The notes: generated by a model from the sequence alone, not told the origin. DNA of 64,000 nt from Sminthopsis crassicaudata (GCF_048593235.1 NC_133619.1:649738558-649802557); one strand, 5' to 3'. Counted from the first letter of the stretch, positions 26,259-38,380 are shown. Translations and numbers: made by a program.

Positions 26259-27477
26259 CACACTCCTGGGTAGTCTGCCAAGACTCGGTCTTCGGTTCTT
26301 CTGGAACGAAGGAGGATCCCCCATGATTCCTTGGTCTTAGGACCAGGCCAGTCCTGTCCTCAAGACTGGGATACTGGTGACAAGAGGGCCTTGACTGAGT
26401 GCTGCCTTCAGTGGAATGAATAGTGGCTTTGGAGTTATGGCCCTCAGAAAGCTTACATCGAATGGGGGAGACAACATGTATATAAGAATATAAAAACAGC
26501 TGTCGCATTCGCATTGGTCCACCCACCACAGGGCCGCTGCACTTGCTAGGTCTAGGATCTCAGCCAACAAGCATAATTAAGCGAACATGTGCCAAGCACT
26601 GTGCTAAGCTGTCTTATTTTGGGCTCTTATCGGCCCCTCACCCAGATTGCCAGGGAAAACCACTTAAACAGCTGAGTTTTGGTGCATATCTAGTGAGGAA
26701 GAGTCAGATTGAGAACACCTAATGTCAAAGAGAATTTCTACCCGCCCCTAGTGGTAATAGGGAGCTATTCCAAAAGGAATCACAAAGAAAACAATGGGCA
26801 CTACAGATTGGACAGCTTGTTTCTCCCTCCATACAAAACAACAGCTTAATTACAAAAGGCTCAAGCTCACACTGACAAAAGGGTCAACCTTTATCTCCCT
26901 GGAGTTGGGCCAGCCAATCCAGGTTGGCCCTCCAGGTTACCCTCCCTTCAGATCAGTGTTCTCATAAAAGGCTGTGGCTACAGAAGACAGCTGTCACTGC
27001 CAGTCTGCTCTCCAGGAGTGGGCAGAGCTTCCCCACTAAGGCAGCTCCTAAGGCTAAAGATGATCCTCTCAGTCAATCAGTCCCCTATTCTGGGGGACAG
27101 AAACCTCAGCAGAACAGACAGCTGTGAGCCTGAAGCCAAGGTCCAGGGCTGAGGCAATGCTCATGTGTATCTCATGCATGAGCAGCTGCTGGTGAGAGGG
27201 GAGAGATGAGTGGAAGTCCTTTCTCCTTTTAAAGTCCACAATGGGCTGCTCTTCCTTGCTCAGTGGTCAGCCTGGGTTAGAACCCAAAGGGACTTGGTGG
27301 CAGCTGTCCCAGGTCCTGAAGACTAAGGGAGCCCAGCTCAACTTCACAGGGTGGCCCTTGGAGATACTGAATGTATGCCCAAAAAATTCCATTTAATTTT
27401 GGGCAGGAGGGCAGTAAAAGTGGGGGGAATCAGGTTTTCTTATAGAAGGTGTCAGGAGATTGGATGAAAAAAAGATT

Positions 27478-27575
27478 TAAGTATTTACTGTGTTCCAGGA
27501 ACTGTGCTAACCACTGGTGATACAGATCCCCAAGCAAAGCCTGCCCTCAAGGAGCTGACATTCTAGTGAGGGAGG
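27478..27575 (+). mobile_element. L2-like 3' fragment
   Basis: AAGTATTTACTGTGTTCCAGGAACTGTGCTAA..TGCCCTCAAGGAGCTGACATTCTAGTG is typical of L2 tails. Confidence 0.55.
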
Positions 27576-28133
27576 TGCATTTCGATGAGGTCGAGGCAGC
27601 TGGGGTGCTGTAGATGGCAAGTGGACCTGCAGCTGGGAAAACCTGAATTCCAGGGGGACTTCAGACTAGCTGCGTGACCCTGGACGGGGCACTGCACCTC
27701 TGATTTTCCTCTTCTGGAGGACTGTGGGATAAAGTGAGAGAGTATTCTCAAAACATTTTGTAGCCAAATCTTTCAGCACTAGACAAAAGCTGCTCTGATG
27801 CTGAAGAAGAATGGGATGAGGAGAGGACTGAGCCACTCCATCCAGAAACAAAGGCAGCATTGAGTTGTTTGGGGTTTGTGACTGGAATGGAAATGATCTG
27901 TGGTTAGCTCAAAGCAGTTGATGAGGTTGTGGTGCAGGGAGTGAAGCTGAGCTGAGTTAGGAAGGAAATGGGGGGGGTGGAGAGAAAGAGACAGAGAGGA
28001 ACAGACCGACACACTGAAGTCAGCCAGAGCCAGAGACACAGACACAGGGACACAACATGTCAGTAGGAGGGAAGACAGTGCACAAGCATTTAGACTGTGT
28101 AAAGAATTATGGGAAAAGATTAAATAGTGAGGA

Positions 28134-28397
28134 AGAGCCAGATTGAGAACACCTAATGTCAAAGAGAATTTCTACCCGCCCCTAGTGGTAATAGGGAGCT
28201 ATTGGAGTTTAGTGAGTATGGAAGTGATGTAGTCCAAACCTTACTTTAAGGAAACTCTTCGGGTAGAGCCAGATTGAGAACACCTAATGTCAAAGAGAAT
28301 TTCTACCCGCCCCTAGTGGTAATAGGGAGCTATTGGAGTTTAGTGAGTATGGAAGTGATGTAGTCCAAACCTTACTTTAAGGAAACTCTTCGGGTAG
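28134..28397. repeat. Perfect 131-bp tandem duplication; a 79-bp near-identical copy of the overlapping segment 28125-28203 lies at 26691-26769
   Basis: 28134-28264 equals 28265-28395. 26691-26769 matches 28125-28203 with one mismatch. Confidence 0.9.
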
Positions 28398-29274
28398 CTT
28401 CCTGGAGGCTGGATTGGATTGGGGAGAGGAGAGGCAGAGAAACCACTGAGAATCCTTATCACTTCCTAGGCTCCGGGCACTGGAAGCCCTGGGAGCCAAT
28501 CCCCACCCTCAGGGAGCTCTAAAGGGGCAGACAACAAGCAGACCAATAGGTTGGTAAAGCCTCGGCAGTGGGAGCTTGCTGTCCGTTGCTTTCAGTTCAC
28601 CGTGGCCTGCCGTTGCCTTGGTCGGCCCAGACCGTTCCGTGGCTTTCTATTGCCCTCGGCCAGCAAGCTCTCCCTCCCCCTGTAGAAGATGGGATTTATT
28701 TGGGACTGGAAGGAAGAAGGCGGTGTATAGAGTATCCAAGGCATGAGGGGCAGCCGGAGAGAATGCCTGCAGCCAGGAGGGGGAGAGTCATGAAACAGCA
28801 GGAGGAGTCCCCGGATGGAGTGTGGGGCAGGAAGAAGCCTGAAGTTCAAAGAGAGGGTTTATTTTTTGAACCCGAAAGTGGGGGTTGATACACAGGAAGT
28901 TATTGAGCAAGGGGGGGTGGTGACAACACTTCAGGAAATCCCTTTGGTGACTGGAGGATGGAATGGGGAGAGACTGGAGGCAGGCAAGGCCCTCCTCCCC
29001 AGCACATCTGCAACAACCAAGGTGTGAGGGGGTGAGGGAAGGGGCTGTGTCAGAGAGAAGCCTGCTTATTCCACAGATGCTGCAGAAGGGAAATTAACAG
29101 GCTTTGGCTCCACATTGGATATGGGATGTGAAAGAGAGAAATCCAGAATGGGCGCTGAGCTTTGAGCCTGAGCTGTTGCCTTCTACAGTAACAGGGAAGA
29201 GACGAGGGGAAGGATGGGGAAAACATGAGTTATATTTGAACATGTCTACTGAACAGAGGGAGATCTGAGAAACA

Positions 29275-29420
29275 TTTTTTTGGGGGGGTTGCAAGGCAAT
29301 TGGAGGTAAGTGACCTGTCCAGGATCACACGGCTAGTATTAGTGACTGAGACCAGATCTGAACTCAGGTTCTCCTGACTCCAGGGCTGGTGCTCTATCGG
29401 CTGTGCCACCTAGCTGCCCC
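29275..29420 (-). mobile_element. Marsupial SINE (WSINE1/MAR1-like)
   Basis: Ends in GGTGCTCTATCGGCTGTGCCACCTAGCTGCCCC and has a poly-T tail at left. Confidence 0.8.
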
Positions 29421-30099
29421 CCTCCCCCGCCCCAATCATTAGCATAAGCATGGTAATTAAATCCTTGGGAGCTGATGATGTCATCAAATGAAATAGTACA
29501 GAAAGAGCAGGGGGGCCAGGACAGAGCCAAGAGGGATACCCTGGGTCAGAAGGCATAACTTGGAGGAGGATCCAGCAAAGGGGGCAGAGGAGCAGTCAGA
29601 GAGGGAGGACTAGGAAAGGGAGGTGGGATGGAGAAGATCATGAGTAAGCTTAGAAAATAGTTTTCAGCAGAGTCGATATGCATGGAAGCCCCTGAGTATG
29701 AAGGGAGTTGAGGAGTAGAGACAAAGTTTGAGTCAGGTACCAGACTCTTGGGGAAAGGCGTCACCCCGAGGTCTGGAGGCAACAGCCTCCGCAGGTCTGA
29801 CCGGGGGTACAACGAACTGCATGAGCCTTAAAGATTTTGTTGAGTGATGGAAGGAGAGAAGTGAGGTGGCAATGGGGAGCAAAGAATATGGTGACTCTCC
29901 CAGCCTGACAGTGAGCTGCCATCGAGATAGGGCAATGAGTACCGAAAAGGGCGCAGGGAGGCTGCATCCTCGGAGGACAGAGCTAGGAGATGGAGGAGTG
30001 CACATGTCCTTCCCCAGGCCCCGGCAGGCTCCTCGAGTTGATGCGGGTGTGTTGGCACACAGTAGGCGCTTAAGAGATGCTCCTGGGCTGACTGGAGAG

Positions 30100-31100
30100 A
30101 AGGGGGTGCGACTGCAAGAGAGAGCGAAGTCCCGGATGATCGCGGCTCAGGGTTCTGGTGGGATCCGTGGGTCTGCAGGTCAGTTTTCGCCTCGGTCCCC
30201 TCAGCTCCCAGCAGGCTCCCCGGGGTGACTCCGCTGGGCTTCACCGGGGGCGTCTCGCTGCGGGGGAGGCATCCAACCAGGCAGGCTAGGGAGGGACGGA
30301 AATCTCACTTCTCCTGCCTCAAGCCGCCCAGACTCCGTTTCCCGGCATGCCGCGGTCCGCACAGACGTTCCGAGGGGCCCCGCCCACCCCGCCCAAACTC
30401 CCTAGGCTGCTTGGATCTGGGACTGCGCTTCCCGACGTGCTCCGGGGTTCAGGCCCCTAAAGCGCAGGTGCAGAACTCAATCCCCGAGGTTTCCCCGGAC
30501 AGTTTTCCGGAGAGACTACACTTCCCGGCGTGCCTCGGAAGAGAGGTGCGCAAAGCGCGGGTGCGGACTACGGTTCCCGGCGGGGTCCGCGGCGGGCAGG
30601 GCTCGGCGGCGGCGGCGGCGGCGCCTTCCCGGCGGCCCCCGCGCCGGGGATCGGGGGATCGGGGGATCGGAAGGGTCGGGCGCGGCGGCGGCGGCGGCAG
30701 CGGCAGCGGCAGCGGCCCGGGATCCCCGCGCGGGCTCCGCGCTCGGCCACGCCGGGCCGGGATGTCGGGCTCGGCGCCGGAGGCGGGCGCGGGGGCGGGC
30801 GCGGCCCGGGAGCGGCGGCAGGAGCAGCTGCGGCAATGGGCGCGGGCGGCGGGCGCCGGGGAGCCTGCGGGCGGCGGGGGCCGGGCCCGGGCCCGCACCG
30901 TGCGCTTCGAGCGCGCCGCCGAGTTCCTGGCCGCGTGCGCCGGCGGGGACCTGGAGGAGGCGCGGGCCATGGTGCGCGGGGGGCCCGGCCCGGGGCTGCT
31001 GGACAGCACCAACGCGGACGGCATCAGCGCGCTGCACCAGGTGTGGGGGAGGGGCGGCCGGGAGTGGGGCACAGGTGCGGGGGGTGCGAGGGGGCCCGGC
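30100..31100 (+). promoter_or_regulatory. CpG island and promoter of PPP1R12C, with four GACTnCnnTTCCCG motifs and CGG runs in the 5' leader
   Basis: Very high CpG density. Motifs at 30331, 30421, 30514 and 30566; (CGG)n runs near 30605-30623 and 30683-30717. Confidence 0.8.
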
Positions 31101-34100
31101 ACCGAGCAGACAGCATCAGGGCAGGCAGCGGGCGCGGGGGAGGGGCGGCCCCGGGAGGGTGCTGGGGGGCCCGGCCGGTGCCCCGAGCAGACAGCCTCAG
31201 TGCAGGCAGCGGTCCCGGGCCAGGAGTGCTGGGAGAGTCCCGAGGCAGGGTGGGGGGCCTAGCTGCTGGACAGCACCGAGCAGACTCCGAGCCCTGCCCC
31301 GGTGTGGGGGAGGGTGACGGGGGAGGAACTGCTCAGGGCCCGGGCTGCTGGACAGCACCTTCAGGGAGGGCACGCACAGCAAGCTGTACCAGGTGCGGGG
31401 GGAGGGGGCGTGAGGGGGGCGGGGTGGTAGGAAGCTCCGGCTCTTGAGGTCCTGGAGGGGGAGGGCAGAAGGCCGGACCCCACCCCCTATCTGTGCCCCC
31501 TGAGCATCTCTGCCATGCTTTTCCCCCTTCTCCATGCCCCCCCACCTGGGGCAGCCCTTCCCAGCTTGCCTGTGCCCTCCTGGGTGAGGGCCCTTCCTGC
31601 CAGGCCCCAGCCTGATCCTTCCCTCCCGGGCTCCTTATTTGGCAGTCTGGGTGCCAGGCGCTGAGTGTAAACACACCGACCCAGAGGAAGAAGGGAGATC
31701 TGGCGGAGACGCCCCCTAGTCCCCGAGCTGGGCCACCAGGGGGGTCCTGGGAGCCAGCCCCCAGCACCGGAGCCCTGACCCGGCCCACGGACCACGTCCT
31801 TCCCCTCTGCCCTCCTCTGCTCCCTCTGTCAGACGAGGGGCCCCTGGGAACGCCCATCCCCGAGCTCTGGCCCCGCTGGCCTGGTCCCAGGGTCCCCTGG
31901 GCTCCCCGAGCCCTGCCCTGGACACCTTGGCCGTGACCTCCGGGTTTGCCTGCTCAGGGTGTCTGTGACGTGGGCCTGGGTCCCTGAACGCCCCCAGTCG
32001 TGTGCAGCCCTGGCGCCCCTCGCCCCCCGCATCCGCCCCCATTGCTCCTTCCTTGTCAGGGCCCCCCAGCTCTGTGCTTTCCTCCCTACGCTTCCCTGGC
32101 CCCAGCCTCGCCCCGGATCGGGGGAGCCCCTCAGGGCCGTGGCAGGCTGTCTCCCCTTCCCTGGCCTGGCCCTCGGGAGGCCGGATCCCGGACCTCCCTT
32201 GCCACGGCCACATTTGTCTCCTGGTGCTTGGGGGCAGAGGACTGGACCTTCCCTGGCTGCATCCTCCCAGTGAGGGGCCTTAGAGTCCCAGGACCTCCCC
32301 CTTCCCCCCCGGCCTCACGGTGCCCCCGACCCCAGGGCGCCCCCGGCCTTGGAGCCTGGGTCCCAGGTGCCGCTTGGCTGAGCTGGCTCCGGGCCCTCCC
32401 TCCGCTCAGCAGGACCTTGTAGGGGAGGCCTGCTGTCCCTCCCCCCCCCCCCCCCGGGTCTCCATGACATCGGGAAGGAAATAAACGGAGCCCGAGCTCA
32501 GGCCGTTCCCAGGCTGGGGTGGCCTGGCCCCCCCTCCCCGCCTGAGTTTCCATGACTTCATCCTCCTGGCCCTCCGTGCCTTCCCTCCTCTCTGGGCCCC
32601 AGAGAGGGAGGGCCTCTGCCCCTTGGGCACCTCGGGGCTTGGGCCTTGGAGGGGCAGGCTGGGGGTTGGGCAGGGCTCTGCAGATCCCCCTCCTCCGCTG
32701 CCCTCCGTGGCTCAGCCGGCCTCCCCTCTGCTCTCTCTGCCAGGCTTGCATTGACGAGAACCTGGAGGTGGTCCGCTTCCTGGTGGAGGAGGGGGCCTCG
32801 GTCAACCAAGCCGACAACGAAGGCTGGACCCCCCTGCACGTGGCCGCCTCCTGTGGATACCTGGACATTGCCCAGTAAGGCCCAGCGGGGGGAGGGGCCT
32901 CCCTGCCTCCTCCCTGCCTCCTCCCGGCCTTGCCTGGGCCCCGTCTCCAGACTTCCTCTGCTTGTGGGGGGTTGAGGGGGTTCAGATATGGAGGAGCGGG
33001 GAGTCACCGGGGGGCCGCGACTTAGTCCTGTTGGCGCCTCTGAGGAAAGACGGAGGCCGCTGCCCAGGCTGGGCACTGCCTGCCAAACCCGCCAAGCTTT
33101 GGTGCCCATGTCTGCTCTCCTGGCACAGGCCTGCGGGCTCTGGCCCGGACCCGGGCGCTGCATCTGTCGGCCTGAGGGCACTGGCCAGACCTCCCTGTAA
33201 CCACGGCCTCCCCTCAGGGCGAGCCCCCAGGCTCTTGTGCGTCCCTTCTGTTAGGCCCAGGCCCACTGAGTGATGTGATCTCAGTTATTGCCTCTCGCAG
33301 AGAGAGGCAGGAACAAGGCCGGGGTCCTGGGGTCCCATTTTATAGTTGGGGAAACTGAGGCAGACGGGTCCCTTCTGGACCCTGAGGGGATGAGGGCAGC
33401 CTTCTAGGCCGCTGTGGCTGCCGTCCGCCTCGGCCTCTCCCACTGTGCCAGGCTGTGAGCCTTCCCGACTCAGAATAGCACCCCCGCCTTGGTTTCCTTA
33501 GTTTAGAAAGATGGAAGCTCCTTGGGCAGCAGCCCGCACCTCCATGCCCCTTTCTGCCTGGGTGGTCTCTGGGATGACAAGAGCCCTTCTCTGACCCTGC
33601 GGGGCTTTTCTGCATTTCCTAACTCGCCTTCTGAAGGGACGAGGGCCCCTCCCCCCGACCCAGGCTGGCTGTCCCCTCTCTGGGAGCCGCCATTGGTCCT
33701 CAGTAGCCTTAGGCCTTGGGGGGGTGCTCCCTCAGCTTTGTCACCGGGCACCAAGCCCTGCCTGGGTCACTGACCCCAGGGCTTTCCTGAGGGAGCGCCA
33801 GGGTGGGCAGCCAGGCCCTGCCCTACCGTCTGGCAGCCCCTGTGGCCCCCCGCTCCCCGAGGTTAGACAAGGTCACATGGGAGGCAGGTGGGGGAGTGGC
33901 CAGAGGCCAACTTGGGGCGAGAGCTCAGACCTTAGGGGAGCTTGAAGCTGCGGGATGATGGGGGAGGGGCTCTCTGATGAGCCAGGGGTTCGCAGGTGGG
34001 GGTTGGGGGGGGTCAGGGTCCCTGAGTCCTGGGCGTGTGCAAATATGTCCGTGTGTGCGCACAGCAGCTGCTCCGTCTTCCTGGTCCTCCTCCGGATGAC

Positions 34101-37100
34101 CCCCGTGGGCACAGAGGGTCCCCACCTCGCCAGCCTCCGGCCCTGTTTTGCTCCTGTCCCTCCTCCCCTTGGCTGCCAAGATCGCGCCCCTAAACTCCAG
34201 CCCCAGCTCTGCACCCTCCTGGGCCCTCAGGCTCGGCCACTCGGGGTCACTGCCACAGATGCCCCTCCCCCCGGCGCTGTCTGCTGCCTGGCCTGCCGGG
34301 CCTCCTCTCACCCCCCACCCGTCTGCCCTCCAGGTACCTGCTGAGCCACGGCGCCAACATCGCCGCCGTGAACAGCGACGGGGACCTGCCCTTGGACCTG
34401 GCGGAGGCCGACGCCATGGAGAGCCTGCTGAGGGCGGAGATTGCCCGCCGGGGTGGGTGCAGGGACCGGGGGGCGGCGGGGCGGGGGCTGGATCTTCTCC
34501 GGGGCCAACAGCGCTTTATCTCTCGTCCCCAAAGGCGTGGACGTGGAGGCCGCCAAGCGGGCGGAGGAGGAGCTCCTGCTGCACGACACGCGGTGCTGGC
34601 TGAACGGGGGCGCTATGCCGGAGGCGCGCCACCCTCGCACGGGCGCCTCGGCCCTGCATGTGGCCGCCGCCAAGGGCTACATGGAGGTCATGAGGTATGG
34701 AGGCCGGGCTGGGCTGGGGGAGCGGGGCACGGGGCAGGATGGGCATGGGTGTGGGGGGGGGCAGCCTCGGCCCGTCAGCCCCCCCCCTCCGTCCCCACAG
34801 GCTGCTCCTCCAGGCCGGCTACGACCCCGAGCTGCGGGACGGGGACGGCTGGACGCCGCTGCACGCGGCCGCCCACTGGGGCGTCGAGGACGCCTGCCGC
34901 CTGCTGGCCGAGCACGGGGGCGGCATGGACTCCTTAACCCATGCGGTGAGGGCCTGGGGGGGCGCCTGCGGGCCGTGTGGGATCCTGGGCGAATGAGGCG
35001 TCCGCACCCGTGGGGCCGCTGTGACCTCGGCTTTCCCCAGGAATTCTTCTTCCCCACCAACCCTCCCCACTCCAGCCCCCCCCTCTCCCATGGCTCCCCC
35101 CGCCCCTCCCCGGGCTCAGACTGTCTTAAGCTCCCTAGGTTTTTCTGGACTTTTCCACCTGTAAATCCAGAAGGCTTCGAACAGGCTCTGGCCCGTTAGG
35201 GCCCATCCCCCCTGGGCAGCGGGTGGCAGGGGATAGAGCCGCTCCCCCGGCTGAGGGAGGCCCGAGCTCCCCTGCGGCCCCCCCTGGGCCTCAGGGTGCC
35301 CCCAGCAGGGTCCTTCTTGCACTGCAGATGTGGGGGCGTTTTAAGGGTCTCTCCTGGAGGCCAGTCTCAGAGGGGACAAGACTTGTAAATGCCTAATGGA
35401 TGCCTGGCACACAGTAGGCACTCTTTAAATGCACATTCTCTTCTCCCTGCCCCCACCGGTCTCCCTACATGTCTCTCCTCCCTGAGGCAGGCCCGTGGCT
35501 GGCACAAAAGGAAGGGTGTGCTGTGGGCTAGGGGCCCGGTGCCCTCGTGGGGTGGGGTCGGGCTCGGCCCCGTGGCCCGGCCCACCTCATCCCCTCCCTG
35601 CCGTCTCCTCCAGGGGCAGCGTCCCTGTGACCTGGCGGATGAGGACGTGCTCAGCCTTCTGGAGGAGCTGGCCCAGAAGCAGGAAGATGTGAGGCCCAGG
35701 GGTCCCCTCCCCCACGCCCCATCACTCCTCCCCTAGCGGGGCCCCTGGACTCTCCGCCCCCGCCCCCCCCAGTCTCCCAGGGCCTGCTGGGCTGTGGCCC
35801 CGGAGCCCTGGCCCAGCCCCCTCCTCCCTTTTCCCTCAGCTTCGGAACCAGAAGGAGGCCCTGGCCCAGGAGCGCGGGACAGAGGCCAGCCCCGAGCCGC
35901 CGCCGCCGGCCACCGGCAAGCACAGGAGGTAAGGCTGGGCCGGGCCGGGCCGGGCCGGGGTCCATCTCCCCCCCCTCCGCCCCTCACCCTCCCTCGTGCC
36001 CCCACAGGAGCTCCGTGTGCCGCCTGAGCAGCAGGGAGAAGATCTCGCTCCAAGATCTCTCCAAGGAGCGGCGCCCGGGGGGCTCCGGGGCCCCCCCACT
36101 GCGCGATGAGGAGGAGGAGGGAGAGGAGGAAGGCCCAGGTGAGGAGGCCCCGGGCCTGGGGGGGGGCACGGGGGGAGGAGACCTGCTGACCTCTGACCGC
36201 CCCCCTCCCCCAGAGCCCAGTGCCTTGAACGGAGTATCTACCCCACAGACCCCGGACTCCCCCAGCCCCAAGGTGAGTGAGGAGAAGGAGGAGGAGGGGC
36301 CTGGGCTGGGTGGGCTGGCTGCTGGGGGGGTCTGGGCTGGCTTTGAAAGTGACCTTTGGGAGACTTCTCCCCTCTGCCCCCACGGATCCCTACCCCCCCC
36401 TCTCTCCCTCAGGCCAAGGAGCCCCGTCTGGCCCGCGTGACCCCCACGCTCTCCCGGAAGCTGAGCGAGCCCCCCGAAGTGTGAGTGCGCCAGACCGGGG
36501 GAGGGGGGGAGGGGGGAGGCCCTTGCCCGAAGTGTCAGTGCTCACCCTCCTCTCCCCCCCAGGACTGTGGAGCCCCCGACGCCACTGCCAGCCCCCACTG
36601 ATTCCCGGGAGCGGCGGAGGTGAGGGGAGCGGGATGGGGGAAGGGGCAGACGCGGGCATCGGGAGCGGGCAGTGCCTGGGAGCCAGCTCCCGACCGTGCC
36701 CTTTGCCCCCCAGATCCTACCAGATGCCCGTGAGGGACGAGGAGTCTGAGTCCCAGCGCAAGGCGCGCTCCCGGCTCATGCGCCAGTCCCGGAGATCCAC
36801 GCAGGTGAGGCGCGAGCCCTGACGCGGCCCCCCTGCCCCCGCCCCCCCCCCCTGCGGGAGCGGCCCCCCCCCTCATTTGTCCCGTTCCCCAGGGGGTGAC
36901 GCTGACCGACCTGAAGGAGGCGGAAAAGAGCGTGCGGGCCTCTGCGCCAGACAAGGAGGACAGGGGCCCCGAGAGCCCGGTGAGCTGGGGGTCAGGAGGG
37001 GGGAGGGGGCACCAGGGCCGGCTCCTCCTTGGCTGATACCCCCCCTCATCCTCCAGGACCCCGCGCGGAGGCCCCGAGTCCCTGGGCTGGAGAACTCGGA

Positions 37101-38380
37101 CGCCGCAGTCCGGAGAGGTAGGGAAGGGGGGCAGGCCCCCCCATCGCTGGGAGGGCGGGGCCGGTGGGCTGCGGGCCGCTCTGACCCCCTCTCACTCCAG
37201 CAGACGAAGCTGAGAGCGACGGGCGCAGCCAGCAGGCGGCTCCGGAACGCCGGAAAGTCCGGGGGGAGCATCGGGGACTGGCCGAGGTGAGGGGCGGGGC
37301 CTCAGGGCCGGGCCCCTGTTGGGGGGGAGGGGGGAGGGGCGGGCCCTTGCAGCCGTGCCCACACCCCCCTGTGCTTCCAGGGTGAGGAGGCGGAGCCCGC
37401 GGCCCCCCTGACCAGTGCCGAGAGCGCGGCCTCCAGGTACCAGGGGCCCCGGGCGGGAGGGCGGGAGGGGGGCGGCGGCCTGGGTCCGCAGGCTGACCGG
37501 CTCTCCTGGGTCCCCAGCGCGGTGGACGGCTCCAAGGGCCCCCAGCCTCAGGAACCCGGGGAGCGGCCCCCCGACGGCAGCAGTTTCCGCAAGGTGAGCC
37601 TTGGGGGGGGCGGGGCCGGGAGCGCTCCCTGTGCTGGGGGGCGGGGCTTGGGGCGGAGCTCTCCAAGGGCTCTGAGTCCTGGCGGTGTCCCCGCAGCTGT
37701 ACCTGAGTCTGCAGGGGGAGAACGAGAGGCTGAGGGAGACCCTGCAGGAGACCACCCTGGGGCTGTCGCAGCTCAAGGTGGAGCTGGAGCGGGCCACGCA
37801 GGTCAGCGCTCCCCACGCCCCGCCCCCTGGCCTCCTCAAGCCCTCTTCTCCCCTCGTGCCTTGCCCCCATGCCTCTTGCTGTCCTTTCGCCCCGCCCCCT
37901 GCCCTCCCCTCCCCCTCACTCGCCCCTTCCAGCTCCAAGCTCTCCCCATCTCCCCTCCTTCAATCTTCCCCATCCTCGCTCTTCTCCCCCCCACCCCCAC
38001 AGAGACAGGAGCAGTACGCTGAGCGGCCGGCCATGTTGGAGCTGGAGAGATTTGTAAGTGGGAGGAAAGGGGGTGGGGCCTGGAGCTTCCCTGGGAGACT
38101 CTTCATCTGGGAGGAGTGGGGGTCTGGCCCCGTCCCCACGCTTGTCTGACGGGCCCCCTCCCCCAGGAGCGGAGGGCCCTGGAGAGGAAGGCAGCCCAGC
38201 TGGAGGAGGAGCTGAAGGTGAGGACAGTGAGGGGTGGGGGGGTTGTTGGGGAGCCCGGCCGCCTCTCTCTTGGGTGACCCCCGTTCTTCTCAGGCCCTGT
38301 CCGATCTTCGGGCCGACAACCAGCGCTTGAAGGATGAGAACGCAGCCCTGATCCGGGTCATCAGCAAACTCTCCAAGTGA
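30762..38380 (+). CDS. PPP1R12C: Protein phosphatase 1 regulatory subunit 12C (MBS85), 687 aa, 21 exons: 30762-31040, 32744-32874, 34334-34452, 34535-34694, 34801-34945, 35614-35688, 35840-35928, 36008-36138, 36214-36272, 36413-36480, 36563-36619, 36714-36804, 36893-36979, 37057-37117, 37201-37286, 37381-37436, 37518-37593, 37697-37801, 38003-38053, 38167-38217, 38294-38380
   Basis: RTVRF PP1-docking motif, ankyrin repeats ([28 protein letters not shown]), inhibitory [12 protein letters not shown] site and C-terminal leucine zipper ..[15 protein letters not shown]. The 2064 nt join in frame with all GT-AG introns. Confidence 0.96.

Noticed and set aside
30225-30761. 179-codon open frame upstream of the PPP1R12C ATG as a non-AUG extension
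   Set aside because: Expected in very GC-rich DNA; the protein matches the known N-terminus from ATG 30762.
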